A stretch of DNA of 62,450 nucleotides, filler included, from Choristocarpus tenellus KU-1152 (taxonomy: Eukaryota; Protista; Phaeophyceae), in NCBI GenBank assembly GCA_964200185.2. It is 10 parts of 10 records of this genome, joined end to end, with 100 filler letters (N's around TTAATTAATTAA, not from the genome) between each part and the next. Parts side by side here need not be neighbours in the genome. Positions count along the whole stretch, not along the records: positions 19,940 to 29,478 come from CAXNAD020003596.1; positions 29,579 to 32,348 come from CAXNAD020024896.1; positions 32,449 to 35,904 come from CAXNAD020019912.1; positions 36,005 to 56,791 come from CAXNAD020000377.1; 6 more parts are not named here. One strand, 5' to 3'. The position numbers were made by a program, and so were the translations under genes. Numbering within the stretch: the first letter of the stretch is position 1; each line of letters opens with the position of its first letter. The notes beneath the pieces were generated by a model. The model did no database searches and had not been told where the DNA came from. It saw only the letters and a program-made list of their open reading frames with translations. This document shows, one piece after another, positions 23,018-36,073 of the stretch.

Positions 23018-26000
23018 ATGGAGTCTGGGGCAGTCACATGGACTTGTGTATATACTTCAGACGCGTACCAGAAGAAGAGAAAGAGGTGCTGCCAATTGAA
23101 GAAGAGTTGCGTAACATCCTGTAGCAACTAAATAACCACCCTCTATTTGTCGACCCATTTCATACCACCTAGAGCATTACCTTGGTTGTTGCAAGTCTTT
23201 CAACGAAGCATGTCGTCTTGAAGTTCCAACTCTCGTCAATCGAAGACTCTCGACTCGTGTCCCCAGACTTCCCGTTGTATGCTGCTTGTCTCTGGCCTAT
23301 GCAGATGGACCGATGGCAAGTTGAAGATCACTGGAGGAGTGGTCATGCTGCTCGATGAAGCAGGAACCCAAAGCCTCGGAAGTCTCAGGATGAACCGGGT
23401 AGATATGTCAAAGATTGATGAAGATGTAGAGCTACGATTAGGCAGATATACTGTGCAGATAGCTCAACGGATACTTCCTCCATCAGACCACGACCTTGGG
23501 CAAGGACAGGGTCACTTCTCAAGCCCGTCTCTTCCTGGAACTAAGACTTTGAATACTGTCGCCATGAGCGATACAGTGGGCATCTCTCGAACTATCGGCA
23601 ACAGTGGTGGACCAAAGTCGTGTCCTAAACCTGGAGAAATAGTGAGGAAAGGAAAACCGAACTTCGCTACCCAACCTTCACCACCCGCTATGGTCACCAC
23701 CACCAATCCTTCCCGACCAATACGTGCAACCCCTATACCCTCGAAAGACCCAATCTCTCAGTCAATCACGTGCCAGGACACCAAGCAGGAAAACAAGCAC
23801 AAGGATCTCTCCATCCCTTCGAGGAGTGATGGGGACGTCCCAGTTACCTTCGCCTTGTCCAGACATGTCATCCCTCGTAAGTTCAAGATGCCAGGACGAT
23901 CAGCGACCACAACCGGATCCATAGAAAGGTCCGCATCCCGGGGGAGGGGTAATTTGGGCCTTAAACAGTTCAGGATTCCAAAACCATCCCATGGACTTGC
24001 TGGAGACAACTACAATCAAAAACAGAATGCAATGGCGACTAATGGAGGAACTTGCAGTATGAACAGGAGGGCACAGCAAGCAACTAGTTCAAGATCTACT
24101 CCTACCGCCACTAGCTCTCCCGTCGATGCTCCTGTGGCAGTACCCAAGACCAGCAGCAGGGACACAACAGCCATGCAGGCAACAGTCATTGCGTCAACTA
24201 CCTCCATGAAGTCAAGTAGCTCGACAACCTCTTACCGGGCGACAAGCGTGAAATCTCTGGTGGGGATAAGCCACCAAACACTCTCAAGGTCAAACACTCT
24301 GGGGTCGATTGGGGGCAGATTGACAGCCCAGGGGTTGACTGGAATTAGATCGACAGTACTAGGGTCTATTTCCCTGAAATCAACAATAGGACCAAGGTTA
24401 AGGAGGCCAGTAGCAACAAATCCAAGAATGTCAGGTCAGGGACCGTCCAAATTACCTCTACCCATGCTCAGATCTACTGCTCCACCCACTAGTGTTGTCC
24501 CTCTCCTTCCCTCAGAAGAGGCACCAAGGGCAACTGGAAGTCTGCCACCTTTCCGCCTGCTGTTCAGCAACAACACATACAGTGAAGTTCCCATTGCTGC
24601 AGACACTTCATCCACCAACATGGAAGGGAAATCACTGAAGGCATGGCCTGCCCCTGAGAAATGCAGTCGCTTTCAGAGAGGGCAGGAACAAGACCAGGGC
24701 AAGAGCAAGGATCAAGAGCTGGGACATAAAGGCAAAGGGAATGAACAGGAACATCCCAATGGGTATGGGAAAGGGCAACGACACAGGGTAAATCAACAAG
24801 GTCATACACAGGGAGTAAATGCCCAGGAGCAAAAAATAGGAGCGGTAAATGGTTCGGGTGAGAAGCATGTGGGCAGCAGCAATGCACGAGGTGCTGTCCC
24901 ATATCGGACAGTATGCATTCCTAATGCCTTTGAGAATGTGCAAGATTACAGACATATCTTGGCGCTGGCAGTGCAGGTGAGAGGTGAGGCTATGCATACT
25001 GTCCTCAAGGAATGGATACCTTGTTGCATTCCCAGAGGTTGCTGTGGCTAGTCCCTGCAACGTCAGGGTTCAGCCAGTTGTAGAGGGATTGAGGTATAAA
25101 TGGTTAACTGTTTGTGACCATGATTTGTCCGGTTGTCAGCATAGATCCTGGGTATTTGTTGTTGTGAGTCGTTCCACTTTCTTCTTGGAAGTTTGAGTGC
25201 ATTTCTTGAATCGCTAAGGTGTGTTCCTCTACGTACTGGACAGAGCAAATACTACTTGTTCCTTCTCGTCTTACTCCTTCCAATGAGCTTGTGGAAATCA
25301 AGAGGTAAGGCCTGCAGAGTGTTTTTGCCTTGGTGTTGGGTTCGAGGGGGTGATCTTCGCTTCGATTCAAAACTCCCCCAAGCTTTAAAAAGCTGTCCAC
25401 CTGAAAAAGCATTCTCCCACTCCTTTCATTAGGGTCCTGCAAAGTACTACGTTACAGGCCTTGCCTTGTCTGGCACCACTCTTTGATACGACTGAGGTTG
25501 GAATATGAGTGTAATTCCTTATGTTTTAAAGACCTCCAAGTTGTCTGCTACGTACAATACAGGGTGGTGGGTGTAGTTACTGGCATCCCTTTACTAGTAG
25601 TATTCATTGAACCCAGGTGGTACTCTGTGTCTGATTGTGCTCGGTGTTGATTGTGCACTAGAACAGCACCATGTGTTGCGGCTTTTGGTGTTTGAGGTGC
25701 AGCAAAAACGCACCTACCTCAACCGATAGTTGCTCCGAGAAGCCTAAATGGGGCACGCTGTAATGTACATTACTTCACAGAAGTCGTGATAACAATGAAC
25801 TACTTTTTATTTGCATTATAATCCAGGAACGTAGTGTTGGAACGCACTGAAGAACGCATGTTGGTGCTTGTTCCTTCCCTCCGGCTCACAAAAGGATACT
25901 AAAGTACACTGTAGCATTACTTCGCAAGCATCAAATTTCAAGGGCCATGTCCCAATAGTTTGATGAAAGAGCACCCTAACGCGCCTCCGCTCGAACGCTC

Positions 26001-28120
26001 ATTGTCCCAATACCATCCCAGGAGGAACTCCAGCTGAACTTGCTCAGCACCACAGCATCGCGGTACTTTTCGGCAAGGGCAGAGCTTGAAGGGGGGCAGG
26101 GAGTACGCAGAGACCATCGAGACCCAGCTTGGAACCAAAAGTTCTACCGTGGGGCTGGTGTGGCTTACTATGGTGGTGTTTCCATCATCCGAGCCGGGAA
26201 GGGTATGTTTTTTCGTGGACGATGACGGGGAAGTAGTAAAATAGACACCTACGCAAGTAGTGCCAACTTGTTCTTTAACCGCTGAATTGGAGCAAGTGAC
26301 ACTCGCTCTGCATGGATTCAAGTCCTGAAGTGGGAAGTAGTGATGGTCAGGGTTAGGGTTTGGGTCAGACCTCTTGAGGCTAGATAGAACGTAACACTTT
26401 TTTTAAGCATTTCGATCCCGTTGAATGGTCCTTGGAAATTGTCCTGCATAGTTTTGAGAGCGGTGTCCAATTTCGCGAGGGGTAAATTGGCACCTCAGCT
26501 GGTGAGGATCCTTTTTGTGCTTGGGGAACACTTGAAGGTCCCTTTTGAGACGAGGTCGGTCGGCCTGCAGTTTCGAGCTGCAGACCCCAATGAGCTGTCT
26601 TCCATCAGAAGCACCTGCTGGTTATATGCCTCGAGAGATGCCTCTTGTTTTTGTTAGGCATGCCATGTAGACAAGCATTGACATGTACACGGGCTACATA
26701 CCAGGACCTGTTTTTAACGACTCTTGACAATATAGGGAGTAGTAAATGAAGTGGTTTCGAGGTGTCAAGAGTCAATTCCCATTGCATTTGAAATGGCTTG
26801 ATTTTAATGCCAGCGTGTAGTCCGGAGTAGTAGTACTTCATTTGACCGAAGTATGTACAAAATGATAGCATTTAGGGCAAGAGGATGGAATAGAATTGTT
26901 AGGAGTTCATTTATAGATACACGGATGAGTGTGTATGTATATACACATGTACTGCAGTTATATATTTATTCTTCAAAGAGTATTCAGTCTATCGCTATCT
27001 GTGTGTGTCTCTCTCAGTCTGATTACCTCCCGACCTTCTTCCCCATCCCCCCTGTCATCTGAGCACCATCTATGCTGATTGTCTTTCACTACAATCATGC
27101 AACTACTCCCCCACCCCCCACCCCTGCCAAAATATATATACCTCAAAGTATATACTCCAATGTATATATATATATATGTATGTATGTATTCTGCCCAACC
27201 CAACCTCCATGAATCTCACCCCATGACCCTGAGCTGATTGCCCCTTAAACATTCAGACTGACTATTCCCACACTCCACACATAGCTGCATACCTACAGAC
27301 AAACTTCTGTCACTTCTTTTGGGCTGTGTAGTATACCTCAAGAAAAAGAAACGGCATTTTATTAGAAGTAACTACAGGAACCCCCCCCTCCCATCCACCG
27401 CCCCTTCCTTCTAATTCTAAACCTTTGTCTCTCTCCACCCCCATTTTGTTACTCATGTCCGATATATTAATATTATAGGGTGAAAGTATCTTAGAGAGTA
27501 CATTCACGTCCATTTGGGGGGGACCAAAATCCAATGTTGCGATTTTGATGTAATTTTTGCTATTGTTGATGTGAGGAAGTGTCAGTATCCTTGTTCCAAA
27601 CACGCCTTTTCATAGTTTAATACATGATTCTACTCCAAAACGTATACATTTTACCAATTCCGAAACATTTTGGAATAGGAAAATGTCTTCAAAAAACCTG
27701 TGGGAAGTCAAGCCCCAAACGGACAAACAGGGCAAAAGCTCATACCCTAACCCTAAGATACTTTCACTCACACCACTGTATGTTGTCTTTTCAGGCAGAG
27801 GGAGGGGCAAGGGAAGTGGCAGCGAATCATGGGGGGGTTGGAATCGACATGAGTTGATTGGAAAGAAGCGGAAAGGGGATTGGGGAAGGGGCAGGATGGG
27901 AGGAGAAAGCTCCGATGATGAGGGAGGTGACCAGGAACTGGAGGAGACAGGAGGACTTTTTCTGAAGGTGTGTTCAGAAAATTTAATGCTGTAGCGTGTC
28001 TTATCCCCTCCAAAGAAATAGATGGGAATGGTTTAAAAGGTGGAGAACTTTATGACTCCTAATGGGTTGTGTGTTGGTGTTAAATGGTATGATCAAGGTT
28101 GAGTGAGCTTGGGGAGGCTA

Positions 28121-28174
<54 letters not shown>

Positions 28175-29292
28175 TGATTGTGTTTGATGGGGAGGGGGTT
28201 GGGGGTTGGAGTAATGTTGTGTTTTTTCAGAGTAACAGTGTGAACCCTGAACACACAAATCGCTCTTGTGATGAGGATGGGGATATAACCTTCTTGGTCT
28301 TGCACTGTGCAGCACATGCTACACCTCACTCCATACCTTGTTCATGCACTATCTCACCCTCTCACACACACAGGAGCACACATCAACACCCGCATGTGCC
28401 TCCTTACAGGTGTGCAACCCACTCACCGTCCCCACAGAGCTAAGTCAATCGATTTCACAAACGCCTGCTACTTGCGAGTAGTCCATCTCTGCATACCCGT
28501 GATCGCCCTCACAACAATGCCTTGGCATGCAGGTGTGCAAGTATGGTGAGTGCAAAGAGGGTGGGTCTGCTTACGGCAAGGGTGACGTGTGGGCCCTTTC
28601 TCACTCAGGAAAGTTTGAGGATGCTCACAGCACTTTCTTTTGCAGGTTTGTTTCTATGCTTGTATGTGGGTTCGAGTATCTTGAGTGTAATGTTGGGGTG
28701 CACTGGGGGAATGTTGCTTAGTGTATACAAAGTCAAGATCTAGGGGTGGGGGATGGGTGGGGGAGGCGTTGGGGGGCTCCTTTTTTTAGAACATGGAAGG
28801 CTTGTGATGTGCCCACGACATGATTTGGAACGAAAATGAGTACATGAGGATGGTGTGAGAACACAGGATACATTTGAGGTCCTGGGAAAAGGAGTTGGAA
28901 GGAGGGTGACATGTGTGAGGTGGAGGGATCATTCACAGAAGTTGGTGAGAGGTGTGAGGGCTGGTATGTCTGTCATAATAAGGAGGATGGTCGAAACACA
29001 CTGGAAATTTTTTTGTGTCATGTGTTGATCTCATACGTACTATGATAACGAGGTTTGGAATGAACTCAAGCATGGATTGCAGCCTGGTGTCCTCTTCTTG
29101 GGACACCTCATGGACAGCTTGCCGTTGATGTTGTTGTCCTCCTTCAGAACTGTGTGGTATGGGATCTCCAGTCAGGGTATGGTGGCCGTGGAGGCCATCG
29201 GGGACGAGCATGAAAGACTCAGACTGGAAGGCGTATCAAGAGGCGGGGCAAACCCACTCGTTTTGCATGCAATACGATGCTTTAATGCTCAG
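23018..29292 (+). CDS. ZGRF1: ZGRF1-like DNA-repair helicase, 5' portion (exons 23018-23085, 23305-24976, 26022-26202, 27795-27967, 28533-28645, 29148-29292); helicase domain beyond the gap
   Basis: DUF2439-like N-terminus WTCVYTSDAYQKKRKRWTDGKLKI...LLDE...ELRLGRYTVQI; long S/T-rich linker; then ZGRF1-like blocks RTVCIPNAFENVQDYRHILALAVQEEL, LFLKV...SAYGKGDVWALS...TFFCRTVWYGISS, LHAIRCFNA. All five introns are GT-AG with matching phases. Confidence 0.85.
27478..27769 (-). mobile_element. MITE family A copy in a ZGRF1 intron, 25 bp before an acceptor
   Basis: Reverse-oriented match to family A; one TIR carries an extra AACC, giving CCCTAACCCTAA. Confidence 0.85.
28126..28166. repeat. (GT)n microsatellite (intronic); a (CA)n run also occurs at ~58899-58922
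   Basis: Directly visible. Confidence 0.95.
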
Positions 29293-29589
29293 GTACATAC
29301 ATATATATATCTTCATGTACACATCCTTCCAAAGTATGTTGGTTGTAATTGCGTATGCATGTGTTTGTGCTGCAGCCTAGTTTGTAAGAATTTCAACCCC
29401 TTTCGAGTTTACAAAGAGGTCAAAGTATCTGTGGGGGGGGGGGGGGGGGCGGGCACCCGTTTTTCCCCCTACTCCGGANNNNNNNNNNNNNNNNNNNNNN
29501 NNNNNNNNNNNNNNNNNNNNNNTTAATTAATTAANNNNNNNNNNNNNNNNNNNNNNNNNNNNNNNNNNNNNNNNNNNNGGATTGGTCAC

Positions 29590-31135
29590 ATGAAGAACTT
29601 CCATGCTTTCATTCTAACGGAAAAAGTCCGTCAGTGAAATCATGGACTCTTGACTGGGAACCTCAATCGGTACCACGGTATATGTCATACGGCAATAACG
29701 GTATAATTACAGACAAACATGCTTTCCACTCAGGGTTGCATTTCAAGGATCCCCAGAAAGGGCAAGAAGACGTCATTTTACACAATTGCCGAAAGAAACG
29801 TTTCGTAGTTGTGGGGTCTGTTTGTGAGTGGAGAGGGGGAACATCAATTATGCGCACATGTTGTCCAAATATAGCAATGGAATAGAGTGTATTGCACAGG
29901 GTAGGAAAGATGGCTTGGAACGCAATAGGGTCCAAACCTGCCTACCTTTCGATTGGTTAGACTCTGGAGAAAATGCACTCTCTTGCGTAACATTGTTACT
30001 TCCAACGTGACATACTACTACACCAAATTAACTCTCATGTTCCTTTGTCGATTCAAATACGCATTCTACGACATTGTCCCTTCCAATATGACATTGTTGA
30101 GAGTGGGAAGGATATTATAACGTATCTCCTGCCTCATGAGAAGTTAGGAGTGAGAGACACTGGGATGTTGTTCAAATGTTCCAGAGTGATTGCTTGACGT
30201 GAGGTAGGGCATGAAGCATCCTATGTAATGGTAAATATTTCCTCTCATACCGACAATGAACCCTTGCACTTCTGACCCGGTACGCATTTTACCAGAATTC
30301 TCCAATACAGTTTGAAGAGAGACTAGTTGAACACCCTTCCTAGGTCAACAAGAACTCTGAGCAGTATGCTGACTTCACTAGTAAGACCTTTAATACACGT
30401 TCTGTGTATCAGGGTTGTCTTAGAGTTTGTGCAACCTGTTATGACTGGTTCTTGCTGTGTGGTCTATAAGGACAATAAGAGGTCATCCATTTGACTAACA
30501 ACCCCCTGAGTCTAGGAAGAAGCAAGAATATAGATGTGCAACACCAATTTTGAGGGACTTGGTACCAGATAGAGACCATCCATGCAACCTCAGATGAGCA
30601 GCATTCAGATGCACTCGTTGACTTGAAAATTCATCATTACCATGGTAAGACATCTAAGCAGCACTCAACAGTTGGGGTGCAGACTGACTCCCCTCCAGCA
30701 GTCATCCTCCCATTATCACCTTCTGGAACCTTAGCTTCAAGGGGCACACTATCCTTCTTGCCATTTAAACAAACCTTGTTGTCCCTATATGCCACTTGGA
30801 AGACTTGTATGTTAAGCAACAATCCTTGTGCCAGGCTTGCTGTATTGGGGCAACAACAGGTGAAATTTCGAAAAGTGCAGTCTACAGCACACATTATAAT
30901 CATAAGACCTAGGGGAAGTTAATACAGAGGCAAAATTAACAATGAGACATTGGCGATGCTTTTTGTTATGTCCTGGATCCCAATACCCAGCAAAAAGGCA
31001 GTCCAACTGAGCAAATCTTTTGTATGGTTTGTTGGATGGAGAATCCTCAAGATAGACAACAGAATAAACTCATCCACGAGTCTTTCGTCTGTTAAAAAAA
31101 CGGTGTCTATCTCACATGTTTTCCCCTTCAAGACT
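29590..31135 (-). pseudogene. Decayed coding sequence, possibly sacsin/NO VEIN-like
   Basis: Interrupted protein-like frames, e.g. VFLTDERLVDEF...RILHPT...LLSWTAFLLGIGIQD and CCLDVLPW; many stops and frameshifts. The family call is only an impression. Confidence 0.25.
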
Positions 31136-31409
31136 CAGTCTAATAATCAAGGAAGGTAGATGAGTGGATGCATGGTAAGAAGTGGAATTTGATTAGAGTG
31201 AGAATGTCAACAGGGTGCTGAAGTATAGGGTACCCAGCCCAAACACAATCCAGATGAAAAAAAGTCCACTAACCTCTCTCCCTACAAGATATGCTCTTCT
31301 TTCAAGGTTTGATGAGACAGGCCTGGGGTAGACAATTCAGTGTATTCCCCGACTGCATATCAGGAACACATAAATGCCCAACGGGCATTTGAGCACAACA
31401 GCAAGTTAC

Positions 31410-32246
31410 CGCATGACAGCATATAAGGAAGGCAAAGTCCTCCTGACTTGCATCGTGCTCCAAAGCAAACAGCACAGGCTAGTTAGGTGCAGAATTCCTG
31501 CCGGACCAAACACCATGAACTCCACTCCCTTTCTCAACACCTGGGATCTGTGATATCGCACCCAAACAAAGAGGTAGGCCATAGAAGATGACATACATGC
31601 CATGTGAAACAGTTGGTGGAACAACCAACTAGAACCACTGGAAAGATCAATCTAGAGTTGTAGAGTTGGTAACACACATACACACAAGCAACTAGTGTAT
31701 TCAAAGAACCCCCCCTCCTTCTCTTCCCACAAAACTATATCCCCTCCCAATTACACCACTTTTGCCTGATACCTGTGCATTCCTCTATTGCCCTCCTCAA
31801 CAATAAGGATCTACATGCGCAGCAGAGGGCCAAAGAAACAAACCATGCAAGAAACAAAGGCCAATTAGAACACGCTCAAAATGCCCCTGCAAAAAGCCTT
31901 TTCCAACCCTTGCTCACCCAAACCACACACATACATCTATCCTCCCTCATAAGCCCTCAAACCTCAAAGTCCTGGAGGCATGCCTGTGCCTCTGCTGCCA
32001 ACGCACGAGGATCTGCCCACCCACCACCATCCACCAACAACTTCCCCCCATTGATCACATTGCAAGGCCAGGTGTGGGGATTTCCACGGTACTCAAGACC
32101 AACCGGGAACTTTGTCAAGGCATGCGTCAGCAGGCCATTCTGTGCCTCCTGCCGCCGTCTCCGCACGCCTTCCCGCTTACGCTTTGAGAGGAGAACAGGG
32201 AGAAGTTCTGCTGCCTGTTCCAACTCTTCCTTTGTTAAAGTTGCAC
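31410..32246 (-). CDS. Two putative exons (32246-31963, 31540-31410) of an unidentified protein
   Basis: AG/GT-bounded open exons joined in phase 0: ATLTKEELEQAAELLPVLL...WADPRALAAEAQACLQDFE | VLRKGVEFMVFG...LWSTMQVRRTLPSLYAVMR. Confidence 0.4.
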
Positions 32247-32652
32247 CTTGAGTTGAGAGTATGCAGACGAAACAGGGATACATGTCGGTGTTTTCTTGAA
32301 GGGGGGAGGGGGGGGGGGGGGGGGGGGAAAAAAAAACAAGCGCTTTTTNNNNNNNNNNNNNNNNNNNNNNNNNNNNNNNNNNNNNNNNNNNNTTAATTAA
32401 TTAANNNNNNNNNNNNNNNNNNNNNNNNNNNNNNNNNNNNNNNNNNNNGGGTTGGGATTGGCACCAGAGATACAGCGGCCGTGGGGGCTAGACCCGATAT
32501 TCACGCCCAAGTAAAAAAAATATTCCTCCAAACAACCTGCGTTCAAGGGGGGAATCAGGAACGTGGAGTAAGTAAAGCAAAACATTTCTTAGGATGGAGC
32601 GAGCCACTGGTAAGAAAGGAACACCTGAGGGTACTGTCATTAGATTAGATTA

Positions 32653-32922
32653 TTCCTCGACAGGTGTGGACCCGTATCTTCACCATGCAACGATGTACAC
32701 GATAAGAATGGACTCCAGGAGGCCACAGCTTGACCTGCATTGGACATCATGTTAACGTACAAATCGCCAAGCGAGGCATTCATTGTTAGTGCGGCAAACG
32801 CCATTCCAGAATCGAAATGTCAACATGATGCCCAATGCAGGTCAAGCCGTCGCCTCCTGAAGTCCATTCTTATCGTGTACATCGTTGCATGGTGGAGATA
32901 CGGGTCCACACCTGTCGAGGAA
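32653..32922. mobile_element. Fold-back MITE (~104-bp inverted arms, ~60-bp loop) flanked by TA, Tc1/mariner (Stowaway)-like
   Basis: 32650-32756 is the reverse complement of 32819-32925 with about 6 mismatches; TA on both sides. Confidence 0.85.
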
Positions 32923-33244
32923 TAAGGACAGCTCAACAGGTTCTTCTTAGCGCATTACAGTGTCTTGCTGTACATGGCTAATGCCGTGACAAATCTTGCT
33001 CATAAACAATATCGTGACTGAAAGGAACAAATCTTTGAAGCAACTCGTGACTGAAAGGAGCCGTTGGGAGAGAGCAACTTCCACTCCTACTTTCTGGAAT
33101 CAGTTAACTAAATATAAACCATGGCCAGCTCTCCCTCCTCAAAACATAACACCTCATCTGGCGGAGCATCGCCTGCAACCTCTTGAACAACACGTTTATT
33201 TCAACTGCATCAAGTTACCCTTCTCACAAACACATCGATCCTAC

Positions 33245-33325
33245 CTCTTCAATGGATTGTTCCGATGTGTAGATTCGTTGGAAGTAGCTGTTGGCCATTT
33301 CCTCAATGTTTTCTGTGTTGAGCAT
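33245..33325 (-). CDS. CNOT1: Single 81-nt exon of a CCR4-NOT subunit 1 (NOT1)-like gene
   Basis: TAG|MLNTENIEEMANSYFQRIYTSEQSIEE|GTAGG; the IEEEANSYFQRIY-like motif is conserved in NOT1. Neighbouring exons were not found in this contig. Confidence 0.65.
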
Positions 33326-34106
33326 CTATCAATAAAACAAAATATTAAACATCAACCCAGGGGTGTGGAAGGGGGGGGGAGGGGAAGAGAGATTAAGTGC
33401 ACATGTATGCATGAGTACCAATAGAACACAGCTTAAGGTTATAACTACAACAATCCAGCACATATAGAAGTAGGTCAGCAATCACATGAAAGGGGAAGTT
33501 TATGAAGTAGTCTGAGTTTTGTGGGCGGAAGAATTCTGATTGGTTGGGGGGGCACAAGGCAAGGAAGGGGACAGGAAAGAAAAAAATAATTCAAGGAGGA
33601 AACGAAGAGTTAAAGATTGAGTGATAAAAGTTACGTAATAAAAGTTAAGAGAGGGAGGAGAGCGCTTAAGAAAATAGGTGGCAGGTAGGGGCACAAGGGG
33701 AGAAGGAACGGACAGTATTGAATCAAAGAGGAAACCTGAGGCTGGGGTGACAAGACAGCGAGGGCTAGACCAAGAGGACCCCCGAGCAAGCTTTTGTCGT
33801 AATGGATCAAGGAAGAACCCGAGCAATCTTCCCTGCAGTTGAAAGAGGGAAAGGTCCTGTGGAAAAGGTGGGGATGCTTGAGAACAAGATATACAAATGG
33901 TAGGGAATAGTTCACAAGGTAAGGGGGGCGATGACAGTGACGATGAAAAACATTGTAGGAAATTGTTGAGCTGGAATGGCACATGTGTAGTAAGTGAGAG
34001 ATTCAGACACAATGTAAGGGGGTACCCGGGAAAATCCATAAGAAGAAATTACAAAGGACGGACCACGATGTTATCGATGTTATGGCAGAGTGAAACGGGA
34101 TAGATA

Positions 34107-34371
34107 GAGTCAAAGTATCTTAGAGGGTAGCGCCGCATCCATTTGGGGACCGAAATCCAATCTTGCAATTTTGATACAATGTTTGGCTACCATCTTTGTT
34201 AGGAGATGTCAGTATCCTCGTTCCGGATACATACCCTTTTCATAATGTATGCATTTTACCTACTCCGAAACATTTCGGAGTAGGTAAAATGTCATTAAAA
34301 AAAGACGCGGGAAGCCAAGTCCCTAATGGACAAACAGGGCAAAACTCGTACCCTCTAAGATACTTTCACTC
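34107..34371 (-). mobile_element. MITE family A copy
   Basis: GAGTCAAAGTATCTTAGAGGGTA...TACCCTCTAAGATACTTTCACTC; no clean TSD. Confidence 0.88.
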
Positions 34372-36029
34372 ACACGTAAATGACGAATCGGGATCCCGAT
34401 TCTGACAGTAATTGTCTTGGAAGAGAGGGGAGTACATGTTAATACTGCAGGTTACAAACAATAATATTTTATAGGTTGGTACACACAGCAGGAGGGATAA
34501 GGGTTGAGGGCCCCTGCCAGAGTGACAGTGTATAAAGGGTAGGTGGGGACAAATAGTAGAGTGCGCCGTTTATGTCACAAACATGTTTTATCCCATGTCA
34601 CAAACATGTTTATGTTTATCCCATGCAGATCACGATAAAAAAAAGATAATAGGGTTAGGGTAGAGGTAATGTACCTGTGACAATCTGGCTAAGTACAGTT
34701 TACATGGCTTGAAATGTAGAGCTGGGGCAGACATCAAGTCTATATCGATCGGCGATAAGATTACATGGGTTGTCTTCCACTGCCTACATGGGTCAACCCA
34801 ACCTATATATGGCAAGAAAAATAGAACATCGTGAGCACATTGTAGGGTGATGTAGGGGGGACCACCTCAGAAAAGGGTCACGTGGGGAAGGTACGAGGGT
34901 AGTAATGGAACCATTTATTAGGCATAGATACCCTGCGAATCAACGGTTATGTCAATATGAGTAGTCATACATATATATCATGTAGCATAGCCCCAAGCTG
35001 GGAGAGGACGTGGTACAAGAAATAAAAAATAGAAAACCTGTATAGATAGGAGTAATGAATGAGGGACGTGGTAGTTGGAAATTCTTCTTAGATGGAGTAA
35101 CCGCTACGAAAGTAGGTAGAGATAATTTCAAAGTACTGAATGAGGGCACGGGGTAGGTGGGATTTTGAATGTCAAAAAGAAGGTAAAAGGAGTGTGTGGG
35201 TAGCCAAGAATTGGAGTACTAAGAGTGTTCTAGACTAATACATACATGATACATGCTCGAGTCCTTACGGAACCCATTCAGACTAGTCTCTACCAGATCA
35301 CGAAATGCAAGGCGGAGGAGGGTGCAGGGACAACATATGAGCGATGGGTTGAGCCCAAGTAGGGTTGGGAATGTCATCTCAAGAATACAGGTATGTCGCA
35401 GACATTGCATGGGGGGGAGATCCCCAACAGCCTTCTAAGGTAAGAGAAGTTCAAGAACGTACAGAGAGGGGGGGGGGGGGAGGGGGAGGGGGAGAGAGAG
35501 GAGGATAGACTTACGAAACTACTAATCAAAAACCAGTTGAAGCCTGTAAAAGCATCCAGTGTTACAGATCCCATCCCAAACCAAGAGTTCAATGTCAGAA
35601 ATGCAGGGAATGTGTGGGTAGCCAAGAATTGGGGCACCAAGTGTGAGGAGGCATAGCAGTAAGTGATAGAACCCAAAAAGAACATTAATGAACTTTATGT
35701 AGGCGTAATGTACCATACCCCAAGGATAGTTCACCAGAAACTAGGTGGCTTGGGCACATGAATTTGTACCACAAATCTATATTGGATATTAAGGTAGGTT
35801 ATAGATCCCGCGAGTCTGCCCTGAGGTTTATTTTGGCGGCTGGCCTACCCGTTGGGAGTACGCCAGGAGGGGGACTGCTTGGGTAGACTAGTGGGAAGGG
35901 GGGGNNNNNNNNNNNNNNNNNNNNNNNNNNNNNNNNNNNNNNNNNNNNTTAATTAATTAANNNNNNNNNNNNNNNNNNNNNNNNNNNNNNNNNNNNNNNN
36001 NNNNGGGGAGGGTGGGTGGGGGGGGGGGG

Positions 36030-36071
<42 letters not shown>

Positions 36072-36073
<2 letters not shown>

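Noticed and set aside
34400-35904. Purine-rich tract with a short internal duplication (~35170-35217 versus ~35591-35633)
   Set aside because: Probably decayed retroelement sequence, but no diagnostic motif could be read.
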